DNA of 64,000 nucleotides, taken from positions 91,448-155,447 of the forward strand of contig CABXWY010000002.1 of the NCBI GenBank assembly GCA_902515985.1, in the 5' to 3' direction. Below the pieces are notes generated by a model. It had not been told where the DNA came from. It made no database searches and saw only the letters and a program-made list of their open reading frames with translations. Positions 53,542 through 64,000 of the stretch are shown piece after piece (the stretch's first letter is position 1; the number at the start of each line of letters is the position of its first letter). Origin of the DNA: an uncultured Pelagibacteraceae bacterium. GTDB lineage: Bacteria; Pseudomonadota; Alphaproteobacteria; Pelagibacterales; Pelagibacteraceae. The position numbers and the translations under genes were made by a program.

Positions 53542-54453
53542 ATGAAGAAAAATGTAATAGTTTCCCTTGCTGACTCAAATTATTTTAACTTATTAAATGA
53601 ATTAATAGACTCCATTAAACAATTTGATCAAAGCAACTCTGTTGCAATATGCATTTTAGATGCTGGATTACAAAAAGACCAACTAAATAAACTTTCAGAT
53701 AAAGTAGACGAAATTAAAAGTGCTGAATGGGATATCCAAGTTTCTTCTATAAAAGTCAGAGGAAAAGAATGGTTAAAGAGCCAGGTATCAAGAGCTTTTT
53801 TACCAAAATACTTTCCAAACTATGAAAAATATCTATGGATTGATTGTGATGCCTGGGTAAATGACTGGAATACTGTAGATTTATATTTTAAAGCATGTGA
53901 AAATGGTAAATTAGGAATTACTCAAACAATAGGTCCAGGTTATAGAATAATGTCCAAAGTAAATTGGTTGTTTGGTAAAATAGCTGTGATCAAATCACAA
54001 AATTTTAAACACGCAATAAGCTCAAAAATAGGAATGGATAATGCAAGAAAACTTGCTTTCGCCCCTCATGTTAATATAGGTGTTTTTTCATTAGAGAAAA
54101 AATCAACTTGTTGGGATGTTTGGCAAAAAAATTTAGAAACTACACTTAAATCTGGAAAAATATTTGGCTCAGAAGGCCTAGCAATTAATATGAGTATTTA
54201 TATTGATAACATTGAGACAGAATTTCTTCCACTAAATTGCAATTGGATTGCAAGCAATCTTTTACCAAAGTTTGATGAAAAAGAACAAATATTTGTAGAA
54301 CCTTATTTGCCAAATAGTAAAATTGGAATTATGCATCTTGCAGCAGGTATTTGGGATAACAAAAAAGATATGAGAATAGACAACTCAGTTAAAATTCAAA
54401 TCAAAACTTTAGAAAATAAGAGTATATCAAAGAGCTTAAGATTTGGTCAGTAG
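53542..54453 (+). CDS. Putative GT8-like glycosyltransferase
   Basis: YLWIDCDAW DxD motif, NIGVF, IMHLAAG. Confidence 0.65.
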   Translation: MKKNVIVSLADSNYFNLLNELIDSIKQFDQSNSVAICILDAGLQKDQLNKLSDKVDEIKSAEWDIQVSSIKVRGKEWLKSQVSRAFLPKYFPNYEKYLWIDCDAWVNDWNTVDLYFKACENGKLGITQTIGPGYRIMSKVNWLFGKIAVIKSQNFKHAISSKIGMDNARKLAFAPHVNIGVFSLEKKSTCWDVWQKNLETTLKSGKIFGSEGLAINMSIYIDNIETEFLPLNCNWIASNLLPKFDEKEQIFVEPYLPNSKIGIMHLAAGIWDNKKDMRIDNSVKIQIKTLENKSISKSLRFGQ

Positions 54454-55065
54454 TTGAAAAAAAATAAAATTTCAAAAAATTGGATAAACAAACAACATAG
54501 AGATATTTATGTTCGAAAATCTAAAATAGAAGGTTATAGATCAAGAGCAATTTATAAGCTGGAAGAAATTGATCAAAAATTTAAAATTTTAAAAGAAGTT
54601 CATACCGCAATTGATCTTGGTGCAGCACCGGGAAGTTGGTCTCAATATCTTTCTGAAAAAATACTTAATGGAAGAATATTAGCAATCGACTTACTGGAAT
54701 TCAAAAAAGTAAATAGAGTTCATCAAATAATTGGTGATTTTTCAAATGAGGAATCTAAGCAAAAGATTAAAGAATACTTCAAGAAAAAAGTGGATTTAGT
54801 TATCTCAGATATGGCAGTAAACACGACAGGAAATAAAAATCTCGATTCCATTGTAACTGGTGAGCTTTGTCTGGATGCCATGATTTTTGCAAAAAATCAG
54901 CTAAATAATAAGGGAAAATTTATATCTAAGTTATTTATGGGGTCTAGTTTTAATGAGGTAGTTTATGATGCTAAAAAAATATTTAAAGAGGTCAGAGTTT
55001 TTAAACCACCATCAAGCAGAAAAGATTCCAAAGAAAATTTTATAATTTGTAAGATATTACGTTAA
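54454..55065 (+). CDS. rlmE: 23S rRNA Um2552 methyltransferase
   Basis: YRSRAIYKL, DLGAAPGSW, SDMA, KPPSSR. Confidence 0.93.
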   Translation: MKKNKISKNWINKQHRDIYVRKSKIEGYRSRAIYKLEEIDQKFKILKEVHTAIDLGAAPGSWSQYLSEKILNGRILAIDLLEFKKVNRVHQIIGDFSNEESKQKIKEYFKKKVDLVISDMAVNTTGNKNLDSIVTGELCLDAMIFAKNQLNNKGKFISKLFMGSSFNEVVYDAKKIFKEVRVFKPPSSRKDSKENFIICKILR

Positions 55066-55104
55066 GTCCTCTTTTATTTTTATAAGAATCGTATATATAA
55101 GATT

Positions 55105-56181
55105 ATGGATCCTATAAAAGAAGCACTCACTTTTGATGATGTTACATTAGCACCAAAATATTCAGAAATCTTACCATCACAAGTAGATACATCAACCTAT
55201 CTAAGAAATGATTTTAAAATAAACATTCCTTTATTGTCTTCCGCAATGGATACCGTAACGGAATCGAAAATGGCTATAGCCATAGCAAAAGCAGGTGGTA
55301 TAGGCGTTATACATAGAAACTTAACAATTGATAATCAAATAAAAGAAATAAAAAAAGTTCAATCAAAAAATTTAAAAGTCGGCGCAGCTGTTGGTGCTGG
55401 GGATCTAGAATCAAAAAGAGCTCTTGCGATACTTAAAGAAAAAGTTGACATGATTGTTGTTGATACTGCGCACGGACATACAAAAAAGGTAAAAGAAATA
55501 ATCAAAAAGATTAAAAAAAATAAAAATAAAAAAACACTTTTATGTGCTGGAAATATTGCTACTGCTGAAGCTGCAAATTTTCTAGCAAATTTAGGTGTAG
55601 ATATAGTTAAAGTTGGCATTGGTCCTGGCTCCATTTGCACAACAAGACTTGTTGCAGGAATTGGTGTTCCTCAATTAAGTGCGATAATTAACGTAAAAAA
55701 AGGTTTAAAAAATAAAAAAATTAAAATAATTGCAGACGGTGGCATAAAATTTTCTGGAGATATTGCAAAAGCACTAGCAGCAGGAGCAGATGCAGTAATG
55801 ATTGGTTCTTTATTTGCTGGAAGTATTGAGTCACCAGGTAAAATTTTAAAAAAAAATGGAAAATTGTTTAAAGTTTTCAGAGGTATGGGCTCTATAGGTG
55901 CAATGAACAAAGGATCAGCAGATAGATATTTTCAATCTAAACAAAAAGATAAATCTAAATATGTTCCAGAAGGTGTTGAAGGTTTTGTTAAATTTAAAGG
56001 CCCAGTAGATAAAATAATTTTTAAATTAATAGGAGGTTTAAAATCCTCAATGGGTTATCTAGGATCTAAAAAAGTTTTAAAACTAAGAAATAAACCTAAA
56101 TTTGTTAAAATTACAAAAGCAGGATTTTATGAAAGTATGGTACATAATATAGATGAGGTAAAAAAAGATGAAAAGTATTAG
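55105..56181 (+). CDS. guaB: IMP dehydrogenase (no CBS domains)
   Basis: [36 protein letters not shown]. Confidence 0.95.
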   Translation: MDPIKEALTFDDVTLAPKYSEILPSQVDTSTYLRNDFKINIPLLSSAMDTVTESKMAIAIAKAGGIGVIHRNLTIDNQIKEIKKVQSKNLKVGAAVGAGDLESKRALAILKEKVDMIVVDTAHGHTKKVKEIIKKIKKNKNKKTLLCAGNIATAEAANFLANLGVDIVKVGIGPGSICTTRLVAGIGVPQLSAIINVKKGLKNKKIKIIADGGIKFSGDIAKALAAGADAVMIGSLFAGSIESPGKILKKNGKLFKVFRGMGSIGAMNKGSADRYFQSKQKDKSKYVPEGVEGFVKFKGPVDKIIFKLIGGLKSSMGYLGSKKVLKLRNKPKFVKITKAGFYESMVHNIDEVKKDEKY

Positions 56182-56620
56182 TGATAAAATAATTATTTTT
56201 ATACTTTCGCTTGTTTGGATTTTTTTTATTACAAGCCATTCACAATCAGAAAACTTTTTTGCTGAAGCTAAACAAAAATTTGATCAAAAAAAATATGAAG
56301 ATTCAAAATTCCTGTTTCAAAGAAATATCGTTTTTAATCCAAAAAATGCAGAATCTTATTTATATTTAGCAAAAATTTATAAAAATGAAGAAAATGAAAA
56401 AGAGGAAATTAAAAACTTAAATACCACATTATTGTTAGATCCTACTAATGAAGAAGCAATGCATTTAATGATAAATTATGAACTGAAAAAGTCTAATTAT
56501 TCCAAAGTAAAAAAACTTAAAGAAAGCTTTTTATTAATTTGTAAAAAACTTTGTGAAGAAGTTGATGAAATGGAAAAATCATTAGCAGATATAGAACCAA
56601 AAAATGGATCTGAACAATAA
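56168..56620 (+). CDS. Secreted TPR protein
   Basis: N-terminal hydrophobic segment, TPR-like [20 protein letters not shown]. Confidence 0.75.
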   Translation: MKSISDKIIIFILSLVWIFFITSHSQSENFFAEAKQKFDQKKYEDSKFLFQRNIVFNPKNAESYLYLAKIYKNEENEKEEIKNLNTTLLLDPTNEEAMHLMINYELKKSNYSKVKKLKESFLLICKKLCEEVDEMEKSLADIEPKNGSEQ

Positions 56621-58166
56621 TTTAAATAAAATTTTAATTATTGATTTTGGTTCACAATTTACTCAACTTATCGCAAGAAGAATAAGAGAGTTAGGAGTAT
56701 ACTCAGAAATAATTAGCCATAAAAAATTGAGTTCAAATTTAAATAAACCAGACGTAAAAGGAATAATTTTATCAGGCGGTCCTTTAAATGTTTATCAATC
56801 CAAAAAGGTAAAGTTTAGAAAAGATATATTTAAATGGAAAATCCCAATATTGGGAATTTGTTTTGGCCATCAAGTTATTTCTAAAGAATTAGGCGGCAGA
56901 GTTAAAAAAGCAAAGAGTAGAGAATTTGGTTTAGCTAAACTCAAAAGGATAAGAGAGTGTAAACTTACAGATAATTTTTTTGATAAAAATGGATTAAATA
57001 ATGTTTGGATGAGTCATTCAGACGAAGTTATAAAATTAGCTAAAGGATTTAAAATAGTTGCAAAAACTGAAACCTCAAAGTTTTCAGTTGTTGAAAATTC
57101 TATAAAAAAATTTTATGGAATACAGTTTCACCCAGAGGTAACACATACTAAAAATGGAAAAGTAATTCTTAAAAATTTTATTTTTTCTATTTGTAGGATA
57201 AAAAAAAATTGGTCATCAAAAAATCAAAGATTAATGTTAGTAAAAGATATAAAAAAAAATGTTGGAAAATCAAAAGTAATTTGTGCTTTATCAGGGGGTG
57301 TTGATAGTAGTGTTGTTGCAAAGTTAATCCATAATGCAATAGGCAAACAACTTACTTGTGTCTTTGTTAATACAGGATTGTTAAGAAAAAATGAGGAAAA
57401 ACAGGTTGTAAAAACATTTAGAAAAAAATTTAAAATTAATCTTATTTATGTTGATGCCAAAAACTTTTTTTTAAACAAACTAAAAAATGTTAAAGACCCT
57501 GAAAAAAAAAGAAAAATAATAGGAAATTTATTTATTAAAATTTTTGAAAAATATGCAAAAAAAATTAAGAATGTTAGGTATTTAGCCCAAGGCACCCTTT
57601 ATCCAGATTTAATTGAAAGCAAGTCGGTAACCGGTAGTCAAACTTCTAAAATTAAATCTCACCATAATGTTGGTGGTTTACCAAAAAAAATGAAATTAAA
57701 ACTGGTCGAGCCATTAAAGCTATTATTTAAAGATGAGGTAAGAAAATTAGGTTTAGAACTTAAATTATCAAAAGAGATTGTTTTAAGACATCCATTTCCA
57801 GGCCCTGGTCTTGCAATAAGAATACCTGGAGAGATTACAAAAGATAAAGTAAAAATTTTAAAAGATGCTGATGATATATTTATAAATGCATTAAGAGACC
57901 ACAATTTATATAAAGATATATGGCAAGCATATGCTGCATTATTACCTGTAAAAACTGTAGGCGTTATGGGTGATAATCGAACATACGAATATATGTGTTT
58001 ACTCAGAGCAATTACTTCTGAAGATGGAATGACAGCGGATACCTTTAACTTTAAAAAAGAGTTTATGCAGCTTGTTTCAAACAAAATAATAAATAATATA
58101 AAAGGTATTAATAGGGTTGTTTATGACATAACATCAAAACCGCCTAGTACAATCGAATTAGAATAA
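56604..58166 (+). CDS. guaA: GMP synthase
   Basis: DFGSQ, GICFG, FHPE, SGGVDS, HPFPGPG. Confidence 0.98.
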   Translation: MDLNNNLNKILIIDFGSQFTQLIARRIRELGVYSEIISHKKLSSNLNKPDVKGIILSGGPLNVYQSKKVKFRKDIFKWKIPILGICFGHQVISKELGGRVKKAKSREFGLAKLKRIRECKLTDNFFDKNGLNNVWMSHSDEVIKLAKGFKIVAKTETSKFSVVENSIKKFYGIQFHPEVTHTKNGKVILKNFIFSICRIKKNWSSKNQRLMLVKDIKKNVGKSKVICALSGGVDSSVVAKLIHNAIGKQLTCVFVNTGLLRKNEEKQVVKTFRKKFKINLIYVDAKNFFLNKLKNVKDPEKKRKIIGNLFIKIFEKYAKKIKNVRYLAQGTLYPDLIESKSVTGSQTSKIKSHHNVGGLPKKMKLKLVEPLKLLFKDEVRKLGLELKLSKEIVLRHPFPGPGLAIRIPGEITKDKVKILKDADDIFINALRDHNLYKDIWQAYAALLPVKTVGVMGDNRTYEYMCLLRAITSEDGMTADTFNFKKEFMQLVSNKIINNIKGINRVVYDITSKPPSTIELE

Positions 58167-58942
58167 TGAATAATAAAATTAAAAAAATTATAAATAAAAA
58201 AAATAAATCAAAAATTGTTTGTTTAACTGCATATTCAAAAAATATTGCAGAGATAGCAGATAATCATGCTGATATAGTTCTTGTCGGAGACTCTCTAGGT
58301 TCAGTACTTTATAATTACAACACAACTAGAAAAGTTAATCTTAAAATGATGTTAGAACATACAAAAAGTGTGAGAATGGGGGTAAAGAAAAGTATTTTAG
58401 TAATTGATCTTCCTTATAATACTTACAGAAATAAATCTGAGGCTCTAAAAAATTCAAAAAGAGCAATCAAAGAAACAAATTGTGATGCCGTTAAAGTGGA
58501 AGGAGGAGTAAGAGTAAGAGATATAGTTCGTCATTTAGTAAAAAATAAAATACCCGTCTTAGGTCACATTGGATTAACACCACAAACAGTAAAAGGAAAA
58601 TTCAAATCTGTAGGTAAAACAGAAAAGGAAAAAAAAAAATTAATTAGAGATGCTAAAGCCCTGGAAGAAAGTGGAGCTTTTGGAATGGTTTTAGAATGTG
58701 TTTATAGTGACATCTCTAAAAAAATTACAAAACTAATAAGAATTCCCACTATTGGTATAGGGGCTTCAGTTCATTGTGATGGTCAAGTTTTGGTAACAGA
58801 CGATATTTTAGGTTTAACTGATGCAAAGATAAAGTTTGTGAAAAAATATGTAAATATTAAAAAAATTATAAATTCTGCATTATTAAAATTTAAAAATGAG
58901 GTTAAATCAAAAAAATATCCAACAAAAAAATATTCTTACTAA
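58166..58942 (+). CDS. panB: 3-methyl-2-oxobutanoate hydroxymethyltransferase
   Basis: LTAY, LVGDSLG, KVEGG, GHIGLTPQ, DGQVLV. Confidence 0.96.
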   Translation: MNNKIKKIINKKNKSKIVCLTAYSKNIAEIADNHADIVLVGDSLGSVLYNYNTTRKVNLKMMLEHTKSVRMGVKKSILVIDLPYNTYRNKSEALKNSKRAIKETNCDAVKVEGGVRVRDIVRHLVKNKIPVLGHIGLTPQTVKGKFKSVGKTEKEKKKLIRDAKALEESGAFGMVLECVYSDISKKITKLIRIPTIGIGASVHCDGQVLVTDDILGLTDAKIKFVKKYVNIKKIINSALLKFKNEVKSKKYPTKKYSY

Positions 58943-59550
58943 AAATATTTCTTAAAGCTTTCGTTAATTGAAAGTATTTCTAAATCTACCAAACCTCCAA
59001 TAACTAATTGAAGTGCAACTAGCAGAATGAATCCTAGGCCAACATAAGCAATCCATAGATGTTTTTGAATATAGTTTGCTAAAACCGTAGCAAGTGCACC
59101 AGTTAAAACTACAGATAAGATCAAACCAAATATCATAAAACCAAAATGTCCCTTTGATGCTCCTACTACTCCAATAACATTATCAAAACTAATTGTTATA
59201 TCGGCAAAAAGTACTTTATATATACTTTGTATGTAAGATGGTTCTTTCGATTTTTTTGTAGGTGATTTTACTTTCTTTATTTCAAATAAATCTTTTTTTA
59301 GATCATACACGATCCATATTAATAAAAGACCACCAAGAATTTTTATAAAATAAAACTTAAATAAATATGTTGCGAATAAGGCAAATACTATTTTAAATAC
59401 CAACGCCCCAGCAACACCCCAGAGTATTATTTGTCTCCTATTTTTAGGTACAAAATTAGAAGCAATTAATCCTATTATAATTGCATTGTCAGCTGCTAAA
59501 ATTATATCAATAAATATAATCTGGGTTAATATTACAAGTTCTTCAATCAA
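58939..59550 (-). CDS. TerC/YjbE family membrane protein
   Basis: IDIILAADNA and ADITISFDNV repeats. Confidence 0.88.
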   Translation of the reverse strand: MIEELVILTQIIFIDIILAADNAIIIGLIASNFVPKNRRQIILWGVAGALVFKIVFALFATYLFKFYFIKILGGLLLIWIVYDLKKDLFEIKKVKSPTKKSKEPSYIQSIYKVLFADITISFDNVIGVVGASKGHFGFMIFGLILSVVLTGALATVLANYIQKHLWIAYVGLGFILLVALQLVIGGLVDLEILSINESFKKYF

Positions 59551-59606
59551 AATTAATTTATATTACAAAAAAAAATTTTTTCAATATTAAGAATTAAAAA
59601 TTATTT

Positions 59607-60158
59607 TTAATACTTAGATGCTCTTTTACCGTCTATAATCTCTTTAAGTTCAGTGTATTCTTTGCAGTTACAACTTTTTAAAACATTTAAACGCTCAACT
59701 GCTTTATCTTTTCTATTTGTATTTAAGTAGAGTTCTCCGAGATATTCATTAATTCCATTATGATTTGGTTTTATCTTGAGACCCGATAAATAATATTTTT
59801 CAGCATCTTCGAAATTTCCAAGTTTTCTACTTGTAAAGCCCAAATAATTTAGTGTATCTGGTGTATTTGGCTTTTCTTTATTTGACTCCAATAATAGTTT
59901 TAAAGCTTTTTCATATTTTTTTTTTGCTTTGGTTAAATTTTTTTCGGCCTTTTTAATTTTTCCTTTTTTTTGAAGTTTATCCGCTTTTTTTTCTAGATAT
60001 TTACCAGACATGACAAGTTGATGACCTTTGGTATATTTAGAAATTTGCCCTTCATTTCCTCCATCATTATTACTATCACCCCCATCACTTCCAGCAGAAA
60101 ATGCACTGTGAGATGTTCCTATTATAAGTATTAAAACTAAACAAAATTTTTTTAACAT
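59607..60158 (-). CDS. Secreted TPR protein
   Basis: Signal peptide, PDTLNYLG, NEYLGELY, C-terminal CNC. Confidence 0.8.
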   Translation of the reverse strand: MLKKFCLVLILIIGTSHSAFSAGSDGGDSNNDGGNEGQISKYTKGHQLVMSGKYLEKKADKLQKKGKIKKAEKNLTKAKKKYEKALKLLLESNKEKPNTPDTLNYLGFTSRKLGNFEDAEKYYLSGLKIKPNHNGINEYLGELYLNTNRKDKAVERLNVLKSCNCKEYTELKEIIDGKRASKY

Positions 60159-60237
60159 AGGTATATTATATAGAATTTAAATTTATAATCACAACTTTAA
60201 TTAATTGACTCGAGACAATTTAGCATCAAAGTATCAT

Positions 60238-60741
60238 TTAATTAATATAAGCTTTTAGTTGATTATACTCCTTACACCCACAATTTTTTAAAGATACTAA
60301 AATTTCTTTGGCTTTTATTATTTTGTTATTATTGTAATAAAAAATACCTAAATTTAGCTTTATTGATTTATGCTCATTATTCAATTCTAAACCTAAAAGA
60401 TAATAAATTTCAGCATTTTCATTAAAACCTAGCTTTGCATTAGTTAATCCAAGATAATTCAATATATCTGGATTTGCTGGGTCTTCTGCATTTGCTTCTA
60501 AAAGATGTTCTAAGGCTTTTTCGTATTTAATTTTTGCCTTTTTAAGTTTACCTTTATTTTCAGTTTTGAGAGCTCTTTGAAGTTCTTTAAATCCTAGTCT
60601 GTATGGTCCTGCGGGTGGTGGTCCGTCTTTACCCAGGCTTTCATTAGCTTTTTTAGCATCTTTGGAACCAGCAGAGTATACTTTAAATGATATTACGATC
60701 ACAAAAAAAGTATAAAGGATGATTAAAAAAATTTTTTTCAT
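60238..60741 (-). CDS. Secreted TPR protein (paralog)
   Basis: Signal peptide, PDILNYLG, C-terminal CGC. Confidence 0.8.
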   Translation of the reverse strand: MKKIFLIILYTFFVIVISFKVYSAGSKDAKKANESLGKDGPPPAGPYRLGFKELQRALKTENKGKLKKAKIKYEKALEHLLEANAEDPANPDILNYLGLTNAKLGFNENAEIYYLLGLELNNEHKSIKLNLGIFYYNNNKIIKAKEILVSLKNCGCKEYNQLKAYIN

Positions 60742-61523
60742 TAATTAAATTTTTTCATTTGATTAAGAGATTTTAAGCTTAGATCATTACTTAAAAGATT
60801 CTCTCTTATAGTCTGAGCTGTATTTAGAGAACTTTTGTTATCACCATGAATACAAACGGAGTCGATTTCGCATGGTATTTGTTTACCTGAATAGCAATTT
60901 ATAGTTTGATTTTTAACCATAAATAGCACGTGTTTTTTTGCAACATGTGGATCTGTAATTAATGCATTTGCTTTAGATCGTGAAACAAGGTTTCCATCGT
61001 CTTCATAATTTCTATCAGCAAAAATCTCGCAAGCAATTTTCATATTTAATTTTTTTGCAGCCTTTTCCATTTTAGATCCTGTTGGTACAAGATAAATTAA
61101 ATCCTTATTTAAATTATATATTACATTTGCAAGAATGGTTGCTAGATTGATATCTTCACAAGCCATATTATTTAAAGCTCCATGCGGTTTCATATGTGTT
61201 ACACTTTCACCATGTTTTTCAGCAATTATTTGAAGAATTTCATATTGGTCTTTAATTAATTTTTCTATCTCATTTTTAGAGAGGTTAAGTCTTTTTCTGC
61301 CAAAATTTTCTGGATCATTAAAAGATGGATGTGCACCAATACTCACTCCATTTGCCTTTGAAATTAAAATAGTATTGTTCATGGTTTCTTCATCGCCAGC
61401 ATGATAGCCGCAAGCTATGTTTGCAGAATTAACAATTTGTAATAATTTTGGGTCATTAATATTTGAGTGATGTTTAGACTTTTCTCCTAAATCACAATTA
61501 ATATTAATTTCCATAGTATTCAT
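60741..61523 (-). CDS. pxpA: 5-oxoprolinase subunit A (LamB/YcsF)
   Basis: NCDLGE, ANIACGYHAG, KPHGALNN, FADR, CIHGD; start 61523 or 61514. Confidence 0.92.
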   Translation of the reverse strand: MNTMEININCDLGEKSKHHSNINDPKLLQIVNSANIACGYHAGDEETMNNTILISKANGVSIGAHPSFNDPENFGRKRLNLSKNEIEKLIKDQYEILQIIAEKHGESVTHMKPHGALNNMACEDINLATILANVIYNLNKDLIYLVPTGSKMEKAAKKLNMKIACEIFADRNYEDDGNLVSRSKANALITDPHVAKKHVLFMVKNQTINCYSGKQIPCEIDSVCIHGDNKSSLNTAQTIRENLLSNDLSLKSLNQMKKFN

Positions 61524-61542
61524 AGTTAAAGTATAACATCTC

Positions 61543-62226
61543 ATGATTAAAAATATATCAAATCTTGGAGACGCGGCTTTATATTGTGATTTCGGAGAAG
61601 AGATTAATCAAAAAATAAATACTGATGTAATTAAATATTTTAAGAATATTCAAAATAAAAAAATTAAAGGAATAATCAATTTAACTCCTTCATATAATAA
61701 ACTTATAATCTCCTTTGATCTTAATGAAGTAAATTTCCTTGATCTTAAAAAACAGGTTCAAGATATTGATATTTCTAAAGATGAAGTTAAAGTAAATCAA
61801 AAAATAATTAAAATCCCAGTGTGCTGTGATGATGAATTTGCATTAGATATACAAAGGCTTTCTATAAAATTAAATCTAACTAAAAAAGAAATTTTAGATA
61901 AATATTTAGATAAAGAATATTTTTGTTATATGACAGGATTTATTGCTGGAATGCCTTTTTTAGGTGATATACATAAAAAAATAAGATTAGAAAGATTAGA
62001 AACACCAAGAGTTAAAGTTCCAAAAGGGTCTGTTGGTATTACAGAACAATTTGCAAATATTTATACTTTTGAAAGTCCTGGTGGTTGGAATATTTTAGGT
62101 AAAACACCAACAACAATTTTTGATCATACAAAAGAACATCAACCAATATTAATTAGCGCTGGTGACAAAGTATCATTTTATCAAATCAGTAAAATTGAAT
62201 ATCTAAAATTAAATGACAAAAAGTAA
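61543..62226 (+). CDS. pxpB: 5-oxoprolinase subunit B
   Basis: GFIAGMPFL, PRVKVPKGSVGI, SPGGWNILG. Confidence 0.9.
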   Translation: MIKNISNLGDAALYCDFGEEINQKINTDVIKYFKNIQNKKIKGIINLTPSYNKLIISFDLNEVNFLDLKKQVQDIDISKDEVKVNQKIIKIPVCCDDEFALDIQRLSIKLNLTKKEILDKYLDKEYFCYMTGFIAGMPFLGDIHKKIRLERLETPRVKVPKGSVGITEQFANIYTFESPGGWNILGKTPTTIFDHTKEHQPILISAGDKVSFYQISKIEYLKLNDKK

Positions 62227-63157
62227 GATTAAAATTTTAAGAGAAGGAATTAATTCAACTTTTCAAGATTTAGGAAGAAATAACCTTTACCATATTGGCT
62301 TACCATTTAGTGGAGCAATGGATAAAAGAAACTACCTAATTGCTAATAAATTGGTTGGCAACAGGGATAATGAGGCCGTAATTGAGTTCGCCTATCAGGG
62401 ACCTATAATTAAAGTTGAAGACGGTAGTGTAAATTTTGCAATATCAGGTGATATTAAATTTAATATTAAAAAAGGTAACAGAATATTAAATGGAGAATGT
62501 TATAAAACATATTTTTTATCAAAGAATGATAAAATAGATATTATATCAACCAATAACTCTGTTTATGGTTATTTATCAGTAAGCGGAGGTTTTGATATAG
62601 AAAAAAATTTTGGTAGTTTTTCAACAACAGTAAGAGCAAATGTTGGACCAAATAATGGAAATAAAATTTCAAAAAATACAACTTTTTTAATTAAAAACCA
62701 GAAAAATGAACAAATTAAAAAAAATCTTAAATATTTAAACTCAAAGATTGAATATATAAGATTGCTAAAAGGAACAAACTTTAACTATTTTTCTAAAGAG
62801 TCAATAAATGGATTAACTGGTAAAGAATTTTCTGTTTCTAAACTTTCTGATCGAATGGGAATGAGGCTTCAAGGACCTGAAATTAAAAATTCAAAAGAGA
62901 CAAATATTAGATCAGAAGGTTTGGTAAAAGGGGTGGTTCAGGTTCCACCGGATGGTAATCCAATTATAATGTTATCAGATCATGGAACTATTGGGGGATA
63001 TCCAAAAATTGCAGTAGTTATAAGTGCTGATTATGATAAATTAATTCAAACTCCACCTGGAAAAAAATTAAAATTTAAGCTAATTGAATTGAAAGAAGCA
63101 GAGAAACTTCACAAATTATATCAAATGGAAACGGAAAATCTTTTAAATCAAATATAA
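62213..63157 (+). CDS. pxpC: 5-oxoprolinase subunit C
   Basis: QDLGR, GAMD, SDRMGMRL, VQVPPDGNPII, TIGGYPKI. Confidence 0.9.
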   Translation: MTKSKIKILREGINSTFQDLGRNNLYHIGLPFSGAMDKRNYLIANKLVGNRDNEAVIEFAYQGPIIKVEDGSVNFAISGDIKFNIKKGNRILNGECYKTYFLSKNDKIDIISTNNSVYGYLSVSGGFDIEKNFGSFSTTVRANVGPNNGNKISKNTTFLIKNQKNEQIKKNLKYLNSKIEYIRLLKGTNFNYFSKESINGLTGKEFSVSKLSDRMGMRLQGPEIKNSKETNIRSEGLVKGVVQVPPDGNPIIMLSDHGTIGGYPKIAVVISADYDKLIQTPPGKKLKFKLIELKEAEKLHKLYQMETENLLNQI

Positions 63158-64000
63158 TGAATTTGATAAGTAAATTACCTGGACCTTTATTAGTTTTTTT
63201 AGGAGCTTTAAGTCTCAGTTTTGGTGGACTAATTGTAAAGTCCTTTGAAGGGGCAAATTTATGGCAAATTCTATTCTGGCGATCGATTTTTTTTATTTTG
63301 GTTGTAAGTATTTTTTTAACAATAACTTACAGAAAAAATGTTTTAAAAGCTTTTATAAAATCTGGATTTCCTGGACTGATAGGTGGCTTAATATTATCTA
63401 CAGGATTTTGTGGGTATGTCTTTGCAATGTATAATACCACAGTAGCAAATACAAATTTTATAATTCAAACTCAAACAATATTTCTGGCAGTATTTGGTTA
63501 TTTGTTTTTAAAAGAAAAAGTTTCAAAAATTACCTTAGTCTCAATTATCTTGGCAATCTCTGGAATAATTCTAATGGTTGGCTCATCCCTATCACTAGGA
63601 CAAATGTCAGGTAATATTGCAGCTTTTATTATGCCAATATCTTTTGCAATTTTGATATTAATCATCAGAAAGTATCCAAATGTAGATATGGTACCTTTAC
63701 AACTAATCGCAGGAATAGTTGCAATGATAATTGGTTACTTGTTTGCAGGAAAAATTCTTATCTCTTTATATGATGTTTATTTAGGATTTCTAGCTGGCTT
63801 CTTTCAGTTAGGTTTTGGATTTATATTAATTACCATTGGGGCAAGACGTACACCTTCGGCATTAGTAGGAATCATAATGTTAACGGAGGCGGTATTAGGT
63901 CCGTTATGGGCATGGTTATTTGTTAATGAACAACCACCATTGATAGTTCTAATTGGTGGAAGTATTGTAATTATTTCAGTTTTGTTACAGTTTTTACCTA
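63157..64000 (+). CDS. DMT/EamA family transporter (3'-partial)
   Basis: TAATG-coupled ATG at 63157; MNLISKLPGPLLVFLGALSLSFGGLIVK...WQILFWRS; hydrophobic frame running to the window end. Confidence 0.8.
   Translation, partial: MNLISKLPGPLLVFLGALSLSFGGLIVKSFEGANLWQILFWRSIFFILVVSIFLTITYRKNVLKAFIKSGFPGLIGGLILSTGFCGYVFAMYNTTVANTNFIIQTQTIFLAVFGYLFLKEKVSKITLVSIILAISGIILMVGSSLSLGQMSGNIAAFIMPISFAILILIIRKYPNVDMVPLQLIAGIVAMIIGYLFAGKILISLYDVYLGFLAGFFQLGFGFILITIGARRTPSALVGIIMLTEAVLGPLWAWLFVNEQPPLIVLIGGSIVIISVLLQFLP

Overview
Very AT-rich, gene-dense bacterial chromosome segment. Gene order and content (cpoB-tilS-ftsH-folP-glmM-thiD-purA, rpoH-rluD, xseB-ispA-dxs, glyQS-ppdK, proteorhodopsin-ferredoxin-reductase-GST, umuDC, recA, alaS, icd, psd-pssA, guaBA, pxpABC), overlapping genes and tiny intergenic spaces point to a streamlined marine alphaproteobacterium, most likely Pelagibacterales (SAR11); this assignment is an inference. 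Most of the window is core metabolism, plus tRNA-Arg(UCG) and tRNA-Leu(GAG). The standout is a ~2.1 kb integrase-free island between recA and alaS. It is bounded by a 16-bp direct repeat that duplicates the 3' half of the recA terminator and by a nested 33-bp direct repeat. It carries three head-to-tail genes for secreted proteins whose starts are MKK signal peptides, followed by a frameshifted 'empty' copy of the same signal-peptide start. This looks like a cassette array for swapping exported proteins. Also notable: an ammonium transporter fused to a PP2C/SpoIIE phosphatase, an unannotated 41-aa membrane ORF, alphaproteobacterial LexA boxes, a structured proteorhodopsin leader and ultra-compact divergent promoters. 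All calls come from motif recognition by eye; no database searches were run.
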